Assembly (NCBI GenBank): GCA_010405405.1 | Contig: MU004239.1 | Span: 186,001 to 250,000 of the forward strand | Source: Microthyrium microscopicum | Lineage: Eukaryota | Direction of reading: 5' to 3' | DNA: 64,000 nucleotides | In this document: positions 36,321-47,817 of the stretch, one piece after another | How positions within the stretch are numbered: the stretch's first letter is position 1 | Layout of the letters: every line of letters starts with the position of its first letter | Notes under the pieces: generated by a model | What the model saw: only the letters and a program-made list of their open reading frames with translations | Databases searched by the model: none | What the model was told of the DNA's origin: nothing | Position numbers and translations under genes: made by a program

Positions 36321-39300
36321 TTAACGAGTCCAAAAGGCAATGATATCGTCAAAGTCTTTCGTCGTCAAGGTCTTAACATCTCGGTCCTCTTTAGTGATCT
36401 CCTTTCTCAAGCGAGAGGCTACTCTAAGGGCAATAGAGGCTTTTTGCACCTTGCCTGTCGCCTCGAACAATTTTCCTTTCAGGAAAGTAGTACGAGCAAT
36501 CTCGTTCTTATGTGCGTTCGGATCAACAGACCATATGTCCAGCGCCCCGTTGATCATAGCACTGAAAATGATTAACAAAATCTCAGCCAATGTAATGAAT
36601 GTGGGAGCACTTACATCGCTTCCTCGGCCCTTCCTAAACGGATTAGGTGCTCAGCAATCTTATAAGCAACCCTTGCGGTGTAAACATCCTTTTCGCCCAC
36701 CGTTTCGCGCATGTGGCGCCACGCCCTGTCATGATATTGGAAACTTTCATCCCATCGGTTCTGCGCGGAACGAAGGCTGCCGAGGGCAGAAAGAATCAAT
36801 CCAGTCTTCACAGATTCCCTGTCATCTTTGCCCAAAGCCTTTTCTCTCCCCGCTAAACTGTCCAACAGGAGCCTGTCACACTCTTCAAGCTTTCCCTGCG
36901 CAAGAAGAGCCCAGCTGAGAGTAGCCTCACCAGCACGAGGAACATAGTTGCCGAGGGCTTTACGTATGCGTAGCGCCTCCTTTAGATCCTTTTCTCCTTC
37001 TTCGTACCGTCTATCTTGGATGCGTGAGATCCCTCGCTCTGCGTAGGCGAGGTATAATCTCTCGTCGGCAGTGCCTAGATCTTTGCAAATTTTAGAGACT
37101 AGATCAAGAGAATGTTCCTTGTAAAAGCGGCTGCCATCGAAATCGCTCGCATCCATGGCAATAGCACCCAAGCAAAAGTAAATGTCTGCAAGCACTGAAT
37201 CCCGATCTGGGTGTGTTGAAGACTCGCATATACTACGAGCAGTGTCGAAGAAGCCGTCAAAAGCCTTTGTCCTCCCACGCTCTTTTTGATACCTGCAAAT
37301 GTTAGATTAACAGCAAGGGAATTGTTGTGATAGTTTATACGCACCATGCAGCCTCATTTAGTAACTTTGCAAAATGCAAACTGATGGCCTCAGAGGGATT
37401 TGGAACGACTGGCCAGAGCTGATGTATTCTTAGGACGTGGGGATAGATCGCCGCACATACAGGCCACCTTCCAACATGTTGCCTTCCACCAGTAGACTTC
37501 GGCTTAGGTAACTCTGGGTCCTTTGATGGTTTTGGCATGGCGGATGGCCAATCTGCCCAAAGGATTCGTACAACTTGGTCAAGCATAAACCGTTTCTTCG
37601 TAACATCCATTGTTGCCAAGATTGCATCTTGTACAATGCGATGCACCGATAGATGCTGCTTTTGCTTATCTCTCTGGACAAGAGATGACTGCAGGAGATC
37701 AGCTCGAGCCTCGATGTAGTTGGCCTTCTTGAAATGTGTGCCCTCGGAAAACAGATCTGCCGATGCTGCCATCAACAAGTCTTCTCCGGTGACATCTGGA
37801 TCAAGAAACGAAAGTAGCTCCAAGAGCTGGCGAGCTTGCGGCTTCAGCTTCTCAAATGCCCAGACAGTGGAGAGAGAATGACGATATGTGACCAAGCTGG
37901 TATCAAATTTCGTCTCATAAAGACTGGCATGTTCTTCATGGTCTTTATACAGCTCCAAAAACTCTGACAGGGTGAGGTCCTGTCGACGAATGATGCCTGC
38001 CATCTGAGATATGGCTAGAGGAATGCCACCGAGTGCGTTTGAGATTTTCCGCGCAGTATCATCTTCTGGCTCGTTGACAGTGGTAGTGAGATGGTTGAAT
38101 AGGGATAGGCTATCTTGTTGTGTAAGTGGACCGAGATCTAGGCCTGAGGGTCTTCTCGTAAATATGCTTTTGGACAATGGATCACGGCTAGTGACAAGAA
38201 TAGAGCCACTTCCTTGCGGCCAGTAGTCTGCAAGAACTATAGGGTCGTCTGCGTTGTCGAATATAAGCAGCCAGGTCGCCTCTGGTCTAGATTCACCGGG
38301 TTGATCAAACTCATCTGACCCCGAAAGATGCTTGCGAGGACAGGACAGCCATCCTTTCACAATTTCTCTACTGACGACCTGGCTCTTACATTCGGATGAA
38401 TCTTCGAGTCCTAGTGCCAATGAAATTTGCTGGTAATGTTCGTCAAGCTTCGCAATCTCATCCGCCGCAACCCAGAAGATTGCATCAAAGTCATTTTTAT
38501 GACGCCGACAAAACTCGCGGGCTATTTCCGTCTTTCCAATACCTCCAAATCCACAGAGTGCAAACTGTCGTAGAGCTGTACCTGACGCTGTTACTATGTT
38601 TTTCGAAGGTATGAGCTCGGCTGCAAGGCACTCCAAGATATCTTCGCGGCCGCAGAAATCGCTATTTGCAGATTGCGTGTTGAGCAGGAAGCACGGTAAG
38701 TTAAGAGTCTTCCCAATTTTAGTATTTGTTGTTGTAGGATATACCATCTCAAATCCCGCGAGAGATGTTCCTTCTGTTGCTCTGTTTGAAGGCCATTCTG
38801 TTGCTTTGTTTGATGGCCATTCGGTGAGTTCCACTTGCTCAACTAATAGAGGTTAGTACGGCGACTTGGTGAGACACGCACAACAAGCTCACCTTTGAGT
38901 GGTAGTTCACTCAATGTAGGCGAGTAAGCGCTCATCGTTGCGTATTGGTACTCCTCTGGGACTATTAGTCCGATTCTAGAGTCTATTGACAATTTCATAA
39001 CCTACGGTCCTCAAGTCGAAGTGCAACAAGACGCGTAGCGTCATGCAGTGTCTCGTGAATAAACTTGTTGAATTCGGCTAAGCCTTCGCCGCCAACGCTC
39101 TTGGTGAACAGACATGTATCGTAATGGTTGACATTGAGGCCAATAATTGTTTCCATTGGGGCATGTGTTGAACAAGTCTCGCGATAAACCAACTTGAACA
39201 CACGAATTAGTGTTCATAGATCAGCTAAGAGTGGAGACTAACCTGTTGGTATTTTGAGCGCAATGGCGTTGAACTGTTTTTTGTTTCTTTTAGTTCATAG

Positions 39301-40056
39301 ACAGAGAGTATCGGGGTACGGAACGAGATTCCTTCAAATCTGTCTGCGAGGTCAAGCAGAATGGCCCCTTCTTGTGCAATGTTGGCGTTTGGGATCTTCA
39401 GGTTTCTACCAGTAGTCGCTTCCAAGACATCGCGAAACTGTGTGAAGCTCGTGGTCCTGTCGCCGTAGCGATGAGGACTGCTTAGAAAGATTACTCCCAC
39501 TATAGCATTGACAATTGATCCGTACCGAGGGAACTGCTTATTGGCAACGCACAAAGCCTGTTTCACTACAATGCCACCTAAGCTGTGGCAGACAATAAAG
39601 ATTGGCCTGTTCGCGGTCTAATAAAGGCACATCAGCAAGCATACAGCGAGCCTAGAGGGGATGAACCTTGACTGTGCCACTTACCACGCGTGTGCCTATC
39701 TGTGAAGGCACGTCGCTTAAATGCTGGAGAAAGTCGTAGCCCAGCATCAAAATTGACTCCCATGAGGGCTTCGTGCCCATAAATGGCGAAGCGTATTCGT
39801 ACGCAAGGATACGCGCCGCAGCACTGAAGCCAGGTATGGTGGCGAGCCAGGCTTCGTTTGCAAATGGCCAGTTCTCGGGTGAGGTAGTTCCAATGCCAGG
39901 AACGAGGACGACGCTAGATTTAGGCGTAAGTTGAAGAAGCACCGAACTAGACTTGGTTATAGCCTTCGCTTACTCGATACCATCCTGAGAAGTATCCACA
40001 GGATCCCTCAGGACTCGAAGGCGGCCGGTCGCTGCAAAGCTCATCACTTTAGCCAT
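36321..40056 (-). CDS. NLR-like protein: SesB-type alpha/beta-hydrolase + NB-ARC + TPR; 8 exons, apparently intact
   Basis: VVLVPG, RPIFIVCHSLGGIVVKQAL (nucleophile elbow), P-loop LCGFGGIGKTEIA, WLLIFDNADD, GSILVTSRD, LGGIPLAISQMA, TPR-like ALRIRKALG and REKALGKDD; all splice phases checked. Confidence 0.88.
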
Positions 40057-40652
40057 GATTGAGCGTTTTGTGATGAGAGGAAGATGGATTGCTAATGCAG
40101 TCGACAAGACGATCTAGATACCACGATACCTTAGTACTTATCTCTCCCTCCGGGAATGGATATATGCGGGGCGTAATGGAGAGGGGTAGCGGGTTGGCAG
40201 GAGTGTACTGTATGAATGCCTGCGCCTCGACTAGGCTGACCTGTAAATAGTAGCCTCATGTCGCAAAGACCGTCTTGATTTCGTAAGTGAATAATTACGT
40301 AGAGCAAATACGCTGAGATAGTACCTGCTGCAAGGGTAGATGATTCCGTGTTTCTCAAATATAAATCTTGGAGGCTAAGGCGGTATGTGGCTATAACTTA
40401 CCTCAATAAAGGGATGTCCGTTGATCCTAAAGTACTGTTTTCACTCTTCGCTTGTCCAGATAAGCACAGCAACCCTTCTGTTCTTCCCCGTAGTGTTGCA
40501 AGTAAGTATTGACTGTAGAAATCCTATCAAATGATATATATGATGATGAAGTAGAGGAGGAACTATTAATACCGAGATTGCGCTGTGTGACGATCGTACC
40601 ATGTAGTCCACATACCGAAAGTATGGTGCAATTACAACATCGATACAACCGA

Positions 40653-42481
40653 TCACACAATATGGCTCAGTTCTTTCTCGCCTCTTCCACCGATCATGCC
40701 TCGCCTAACGCCGCAACATTCCTTCCAGAAACTTTTGCAAGACCGTCTCAGAGCCTGGAAGTCCCAAAGATAAGCAGTGTAGGCACTCAAAGTGATTGGA
40801 ACACACAACACGAAGAACCACCAGAACCTTACCGTACCCTGTCCAAGAATATCGACATTCATACCAAACAAGCTAGTGCTAAAGCCAAGAGGAATGAAGA
40901 GTGTCGCGAGCATAGTCAATTTCTTGAGTCGCTCAGACTGCTCAATCGCTTTGCGGGATTCATCTATCGTGGCTTTATTCATTGCCAAAGTTATACCACG
41001 AGAACACATTTTTGACATGTCGACGCAACGAACATGGAGTTGTTCATAATCTTCCAAGAGGCCGTTGGTAGTGAAAGCACCATGGGAACTACTGCTTCCG
41101 ACGTTTTTAGCAGGCTCTGTCTCTGAGGCGTGTCGTTTGACTCCGTTCAAACCTGGACTACCGCACTCGGCCAATTTGTATAGTGCACGTATACTATCTC
41201 TTAGCTGTTGGGCATGTCGGTTGAGAATGTTGGAGAAGTATTGTAGTGTTTCCAACGCGTCCGCTGGGATTCCTTCGGCTGTTCTAGTCATTTGGATTTG
41301 GATTCTGGATTCCATAAGATTCAAGAACTGAACTTCAGAGAAAGCCGAGTGTGCAAACAACGGGATACACATAGACATCGGATCCTGAGGCGCACGACGG
41401 GCCAAGTCAACGAGGGCGATCAACGAATCGTACTGCAGGGGAAGGATGGCTGCACTTTGCTGAACTTCTGCCGAAGCATTCGCATCTGGGGCTAGACGAT
41501 TAGTCGTAGTTCGGAATGCCATCTTATGATGATGTTGAAGAACAGGTAGTGGAGTTGCCCTGGATTCGATATGACTTGTCCACGGCCCTGGAGGGGATTT
41601 TTCCAAGGGTCTACCCTGGTCCATCCAGGCAATAACTGAATACATACATCATTAATGATGTTCCTCGTGGTAAGGGGCATTGTATCTTACCAGCCCAGCC
41701 CCTTTCTGATTTTGCGACGCACAGTGAAATCCATTGTTCCACCACAGAGAAGTGTGAGCACACAGTGGAGTACTCGCGCACGAGGGAGTCTCCGCAGCAG
41801 ACTTTAGTAGACCCAAGCTGTTGTATCTTGTATCTTTCAAGCCCAGTCGAGTGTTCTGTCCGCTGTGTTTGGAGTTCCTATCCCCCAAAGTCATCGCGTT
41901 GAAAGAGGGTGCTCACACAAAGTCGAAATGTATTATCCGAGGAACTCGCAAGCGAAGGGAAACTGTACGCATGTCTGTTGATGTTTGCGGAAAGGAAGTC
42001 CATATGTCTCCTGAAAAACTCGGGATCGATGCTATATTTGCTCCCAATGGCCGACACCCAAGACGGTGATATGAAGCCTCTAATGAAGACTATTTGTCCT
42101 GAGCCTCCAGCAGCGAGCGAGGTTGCAACAGAGAAGGTGTCGTGTTGCTCTTGACTATATTGTTGCACGTCCCACTTCTTGTCCCCGCTGCTGTATACCA
42201 CGACCAAATCGTGATGCTCTTCGGATCCGGAAGCGAAAAGGGCGGCATCCTCTTCTGATTTCGCCGAGTTGAGAAGACTATGGTCTTGTAGCAACCACTC
42301 TCCGATGTCGACATAATTATTGCCTGGAAAGACAGAGGTGCTCGAATATCTTCTCGAAAGTGAGATGATTGCTCGAGCGTAATTCTGTGGTGTAACTGCC
42401 AAGCCAAGCGTTAATTTGACGATAGTTGGACGATAGAGTAATGGAGGATGAAAACTTACGTGCGGACTTTCTACGCTCCAT
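40653..42481 (-). pseudogene. Fungal CorA-like membrane protein gene with a single in-frame TAG at 41880-41878; introns ~42459-42396 and 41690-41636
   Basis: IDPEFFRRHM...DDFGG*ELQTQR...GDSLVREYS...FSVVEQWIS...W|VIAWMDQG...KKLTMLATLFIPLGFSTSLFGMNV (GMN motif, two C-terminal TMs); frame continues through the stop. Confidence 0.75.
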
Positions 42482-43256
42482 TGTGCTTACCGGCAAACCG
42501 GTAGGCTTCTTTTTGGGACCCTCTAATTTAGTATAGGTTAGTTACATTTCGGACGCGCCTAGGATTGTCTAGCAGAGTGGAGAAAACAATCATTCAAGAA
42601 GCTAAAGGCCGGACTTTATTACTCTACTATGTCGAAACGTGAGGCGGATGCCTTGTACGGAGTACAGTATAGCCTGAAGGCCGTTTGCGACAAGGTGTCT
42701 TTTTCTCTTGACCACCATTGGACGAATTGAATGAGGCTGTCGCTGCATAGCCGCTGGAAAGTCCCGTAAGTGGTGGAACATGTGGAAGTGTTCAAGGAGA
42801 TTCAACGCATCCCAAGGTTGACTTGAATCATTTGATAACTGGCGTGGCCAGGCTAAACCACGCGCATACGACCAAGAAAGCCAATCTGCCTTGCCTACCA
42901 AGGCAGAACCCTCAGCTCACTAACCGCGAAAGAATTACTATACGGAGTCTAAATCGCTCCGTTCCATACCGCCGCATATATAGAGTAGTCTCTTTCAATA
43001 GGCTTAGTCACCTGCAGATTCCTTTTGCTGGCAAAAACGAAGAACTCATCTAAACAAAGGAGTGTATTTTAGTACTACTAGTACATAAAGTACTAGTAAG
43101 TACTACAGTACTTGCAAGTACTCTAGTAGACATTTGCGACCCAGAAACACCATTTTTTCTGCAACATCTTTCAGCCCAATAACACCGTCAACAAACCATC
43201 AAGATCCTTTTGCAGTACACGAGCATCATCAAATCCTTGGTCTGCATTCAGTGATC

Positions 43257-44161
43257 ATGTCCACCCTCGAGAGAAAGTATGTGCTCTCTATACCAGAGTT
43301 TATAACGAGTGAATATGAAAGTTAACAAGGTTGCGTGTCGCTAGCTTCCCCGCAATACGCGCCTGCATCTTCGACATGGACGGGCTTCTCATCAACTCCG
43401 AAGACATAATCGGTCAAACCACGAACTATCTTCTTGAAAAGTACGGAAGGCCTGCCCTGACTCGCGCCATTCGAGCGCAGCTCATAGGTGTCTCGGGGTC
43501 AACAAATGGTGATGTGTTTCACAACTGGGCGAAGCTGCCCATCTCCCGCGAGCAATTCGCCCGTGAATCTAGTGAGCAAATGCGACTGCATTTTCCAGAT
43601 TGCGAGCCGATGCCCGGCGCCGAGACGCTTGTGTCGAACCTTAGCCGTGCGTGTATTGCTTCTTCTGGGGATATGATTGAGCTGGCATTAGCATCCAGCA
43701 CCAAGAGTCGTTCCTACGAATTGAAAACTTCCAAGCCGAGAACGAAACAACTACTTGAGTTCTTCCAGTCAGAGAGGCGAATTCTCGGCGACGACCCACG
43801 AGTGCGATTGGGTCGAGGGAAACCAGCGCCTGATATGTATTTAGTTGCGTTAGAGGCATTGAACGCGACTGCAGACTCTGACAAAGATCCCATCTTGCCT
43901 AACGAATGTTTGGTCATCGAAGATAGCGTGGTTGGGGTAGAGGCGGGACGACGGGCTGGGATGAGGGTCATTTGGGTACCGCATCCAGACGTAGCGCTCG
44001 AATATCAAGCTAGACAAGAGGATGTGCTGGCTGGAAGGGTGGGTTTAATCAAGATCGGAGACGACTGGCAGCTAGGAGATATTGAAGATGGATGGGCTGA
44101 ATGTATAGAGAGTCTAGAACAGTTTGATTATAACAAGTATGGTATACAGGTGCCGTCCTAG
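43257..44161 (+). CDS. HAD-superfamily phosphatase (HDHD1/GS1-like); one short 5' intron
   Basis: ACIFDMDGLLINSED, ALASST, GRGKPAPDMY, ECLVIEDSVVGVEAGRRAGM. Confidence 0.9.
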
Positions 44162-44396
44162 CCTTTGTAGAACAACATTGCCGGTTCAAATTCGTTGTTT
44201 GCTTCTCAGTGTACAAGGAAGGGCTCCGACTAACAAACGATCGTCCACTTGCCTAATAATAATGCCTAGTCCCTCGATATTTAGCCACATAGTGTGGAAG
44301 ATCAGCTAAGTACGGTTGTACGGGACGACCCGATCCATGTGGGCTTAGCACCCTGCAAGGCTGCAAATAGTACACCAGACACTAAGAGAGAATGTA

Positions 44397-44521
44397 ATTT
44401 GAGCAAGCTAATTGGCTGAGATCTGATGTTGATGCTTCATTTCATTCTTTAAATTCATCACGAAGATATTATCAGCCAATAACAATCGATTATTGTAGTG
44501 GTGCAGCCAATTAGCAGTTCT
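44397..44521 (-). repeat. Degenerate inverted copy of the interior of the 33456 MITE, with no TIRs
   Basis: aagatattatcagccaataa (44463-44482) is the exact reverse complement of 33560-33579; flanking similarity on both sides. Confidence 0.7.
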
Positions 44522-44793
44522 GAAAGAGTCCTGTGGTTACAGTACTTGTAGAACCTGGACAAGGTATTCGAAGGTAGTAAAGAGATGGAGGGTCGCTTAC
44601 AATGCTCACTACCTGATAAGCTCAGAACGCGTGGCAGAGTTACAATACGTAAGGTGCGGGGGCTAGAACATCTGCATTTTAATCTCGAAGGGGAAGGCAG
44701 TATTTTGATTCCCTATCTTGGGATTCTTGGCTGAGTTCTAAGTTCTAGACTGTTGTAGCATTCCAGCATTTCAGCATAGGGGTATCACTCCTA

Positions 44794-46027
44794 ATGGGTC
44801 AATTCGTCGCAGTAGGAAATTGTGTTCTCGATACCATTTTGAGGTACAAGTTTCTTCCATATGTCCGTTTGTTCCTTGTTCCATGGCTGATGGGACACTA
44901 CTCTAGCGTTCCACATTTTCCTGGAGAAGATGATAAGCTGCGCGCCTCTAACATCACGAGAAGAAGGGGAGGAAATGCCCCAAACACAGTCGACGTGCTT
45001 CAACAACTTTTCGCCAGCGATGATGAGGCAGATCGGACCATTGGTCTGAATTTGATCGTGGTTCTCCCCAACCGCGCATCACCGGCGGTTCAAGAGATAC
45101 AACGGTCGTTGGGATCTGGAAAGGCCATAACAAAGAGCATTTATCGCGAGGACTACTTTGAGGCTTCGTCGAGCTACATCATCAAGAACCTGGCGACTGA
45201 CAGCAGGACGATAATTAGTTACAATTCCTTGCAAGATATGAATTTCGAAGAGTTCACTCAGATCGCAGGATCCTTCGGCAATGAGGCAGTGTGGTATCAT
45301 TTCGAAGTAAGACTCCGCTCCTCTTGTTTTTCCCCAACGTTCGAACATCTGATCACAATAGGGTCGCATACCGGATGTCACATTAAACTGCATCCGATAT
45401 CTGAGGAAGTCGGCGCCAGACGTCAAGATTAGCGTAGAGATCGAGAAATTCCCAAGAGAAGGGCTGGAAGAGCTTGTCCCCGAAGCTGATGTTATCTTCT
45501 ACTCCAAGATCTGGGCTGTAGTACGTAACCCTGCGGTACCTCTACTGATATCCTGGTATCTTAACATGATTCTAAACAGGGAAATGGATACAAAGATGCC
45601 GAAGCTTGTCTTCGAGCGCAAGCAAAACTTGCTCCCAGCGCGTGAGCTTATGCTTTTCATGCTTCGCATTGGGCTAACAATTATCTACCAGACTCCTTCT
45701 TTGCTGCACCTGGGGAATGCAAGGCGCCTCGGTTTTCGAACCTGCAACTGAAGCCTATTATCACAGAGCCGCATGGGTGTCAAAGGACTCCCAAGTCGTT
45801 GAGTAAGCAAATAGGTTTCCTCCTTACGTGAAAAAGCTGACTCTTTTAGTACCATTGGGGCAGGTGACACGTTTATTGCAGGAATGCTCTACTCGTACCT
45901 CGCACCCAATAACAACTGGCCGGTTTCCCAGAAACTCGAGTTCGCCAACGAGCTTGCAGGACGGAAAGTGGTCCAGGAAGGGTTTGCTGGCCTTGGAGGG
46001 CTCGTGCATCGTGGATTGCAGCAATAA
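44794..46027 (+). CDS. PfkB-family carbohydrate kinase, ketohexokinase-like; about 5 introns
   Basis: VAVGNCVLDTIL, FPGEDDKLRA, RRGGNAPNT, WYHFEGR, C-terminal TIGAGDTFIAGML...ANELAGRKVVQEGF. Confidence 0.85.
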
Positions 46028-46330
46028 TCATTAGGTATAGGCCGAGTATTGGCGTGTCTGTTGCTCTTGATAAAGATATGTTAGTACAGTCGGCATTGGA
46101 ACCAAGTTGCTATGTGGTGCCTACACCTTGACTTGCGTCTTCAAATGCTAGAATCGTTATTTGTCTTGACGCCCTGATGACAATAAGTTTTGCCATACGA
46201 CAACTCGTCTTGTTCATCAAAGCACGGTACTTCGTTGCATCATTCTTGACCTTCCGCTTTACTACATTGATACAACCATAAGATCTGTCTCATCCAGGTA
46301 CCTGTGTAGCAGCTACTGCCATTGAACACC

Positions 46331-47134
46331 CTATACGTTGGATTGCTCCTTCCTTCTTGATCTACTCTTTCGTGATCTTGATTTCCTTCTATTTTTCATT
46401 TGCCTCTCTTGCTCAGCTTTGAATGCCTTATTGAATTTATCGCGCTGAAGGAGTTCATTTTCCTGTGTATTTGCTTGCGGTCTGAACAGCCTCACTTTCC
46501 AGGCGTTTTCCTCCTTCTCTGCATCTTGCTGCGCTTTCAACCATCCTGGGCTCCATAACGGCTTTTCGAAGTCCATGATGCTCCAAACTTGAAACGTTTC
46601 TTGTGTAACCTCATCGTAAGGAACGTCAAGGTCTTTCGCGACCCGCTTTCTCATGTATGGCTCGTGACTTTCAAGTAGCTCGGGTGAATCTCCAAGGGGA
46701 CAGGCTATAGAGAGACCGTCGAAGAAGAATATCTTGTGTATGGGAAGGAAGCTGTAGCTATGATCCTTAGCGACCTCTTTGGCGGCAGCCAGTCTATTTG
46801 CAAAGCGAGGCGCACGTTCGGATTCGAATATCCGGTCGTGACCGTGGTCGACTGGTCCTGGGGGAATAGGACTGTCCGGCACCTGCCTCCACTCGCCAGA
46901 GTCAGCATCGTAGGTCTCTTTGGTTTTGGGCCCGGGGCAACATTTGCAACCCCATGGGCCATTGGATCTTGCAATTCTAAAATTTCGTATAGAGTTGTTG
47001 ATCATTCTTGCGTGTTCCGTGAATTCTTCGCGCGTCGAGTTCATGATTTTGATAATCTGCTTGGCTTCGAGGCCATTCAGACCTGCAAAGCCGTGCTTCG
47101 CGTAACGATCTCGTAGCTCCCTTGTTGTAGCCAT
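46331..47134 (-). CDS. Hypothetical protein, RYAKHGFAGL family (N+C)
   Basis: RYAKHGFAGLNG...MNS...SPIPPGPVDHGH...KIFF...MRKRVAKDLDVP...VTQETFQVW. Confidence 0.8.
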   Translation of the reverse strand: MATTRELRDRYAKHGFAGLNGLEAKQIIKIMNSTREEFTEHARMINNSIRNFRIARSNGPWGCKCCPGPKTKETYDADSGEWRQVPDSPIPPGPVDHGHDRIFESERAPRFANRLAAAKEVAKDHSYSFLPIHKIFFFDGLSIACPLGDSPELLESHEPYMRKRVAKDLDVPYDEVTQETFQVWSIMDFEKPLWSPGWLKAQQDAEKEENAWKVRLFRPQANTQENELLQRDKFNKAFKAEQERQMKNRRKSRSRKSRSRRKEQSNV

Positions 47135-47817
47135 GATCATTCACAGAATGAATTGCAAAAGTGATGAAAGAACTAGGGGTGAAAGCTAAAGACATGGACG
47201 AGGTGTAAACAACAGGAACAACATCCTTGTAAACGAAGCTCGAAGGGCCTGCCAACGCCACAAACGCGTCAACGCGGCTACAGCGTGTAGAGAGAGATTG
47301 ACCAACGACAACGGAGCTTCAGACAATACTTTTGCATAGCCTCCCTTATCAGTATCGCTCCAGTGTTGCTCGCATTATTACAGATAATCAGATACTGTAC
47401 CTGCTTTGGTCGGCTGCGACCCGTTACTTCACCTCTACCTTCTTTCAGTATTCTAGTGATGCAACGGCAGACAGTAAAGGTCCCGTAGCTGTTCGTGAAC
47501 TTGAAAAAGTTAGAAGTGATGCTCCAGCAAGGAAATTGAACTTCAGTCTATCATGCTCAAGAAGAGCAGAAAATCAAGGTCCTGACATACGAGCCTGTGT
47601 GCTCTACTTGCATGATCGAATCAGCCTTCTCAGACAATAGGCTTGCCAACTGCAGACGCCTGCAGAAGCCAATCATGGTACAGCACGACAAGGCGGGGAG
47701 GATGATCAAGAAATGGCTTCGACAGCCTAATCCTACGTTTCCTAAGCATTGCAAACTTTTGCCTCGAAAACTCTACCTTGTGTGCTTTTGAGCTGACCAC
47801 AGGTCATTCGTTACAGT

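Noticed and set aside
43071..43130. Cluster of AGTACT/ACTAGT palindromes (similar ones at 21571-21590)
   Set aside because: Low-complexity promoter sequence with no spacer-repeat regularity; not CRISPR-like and no function can be supported.
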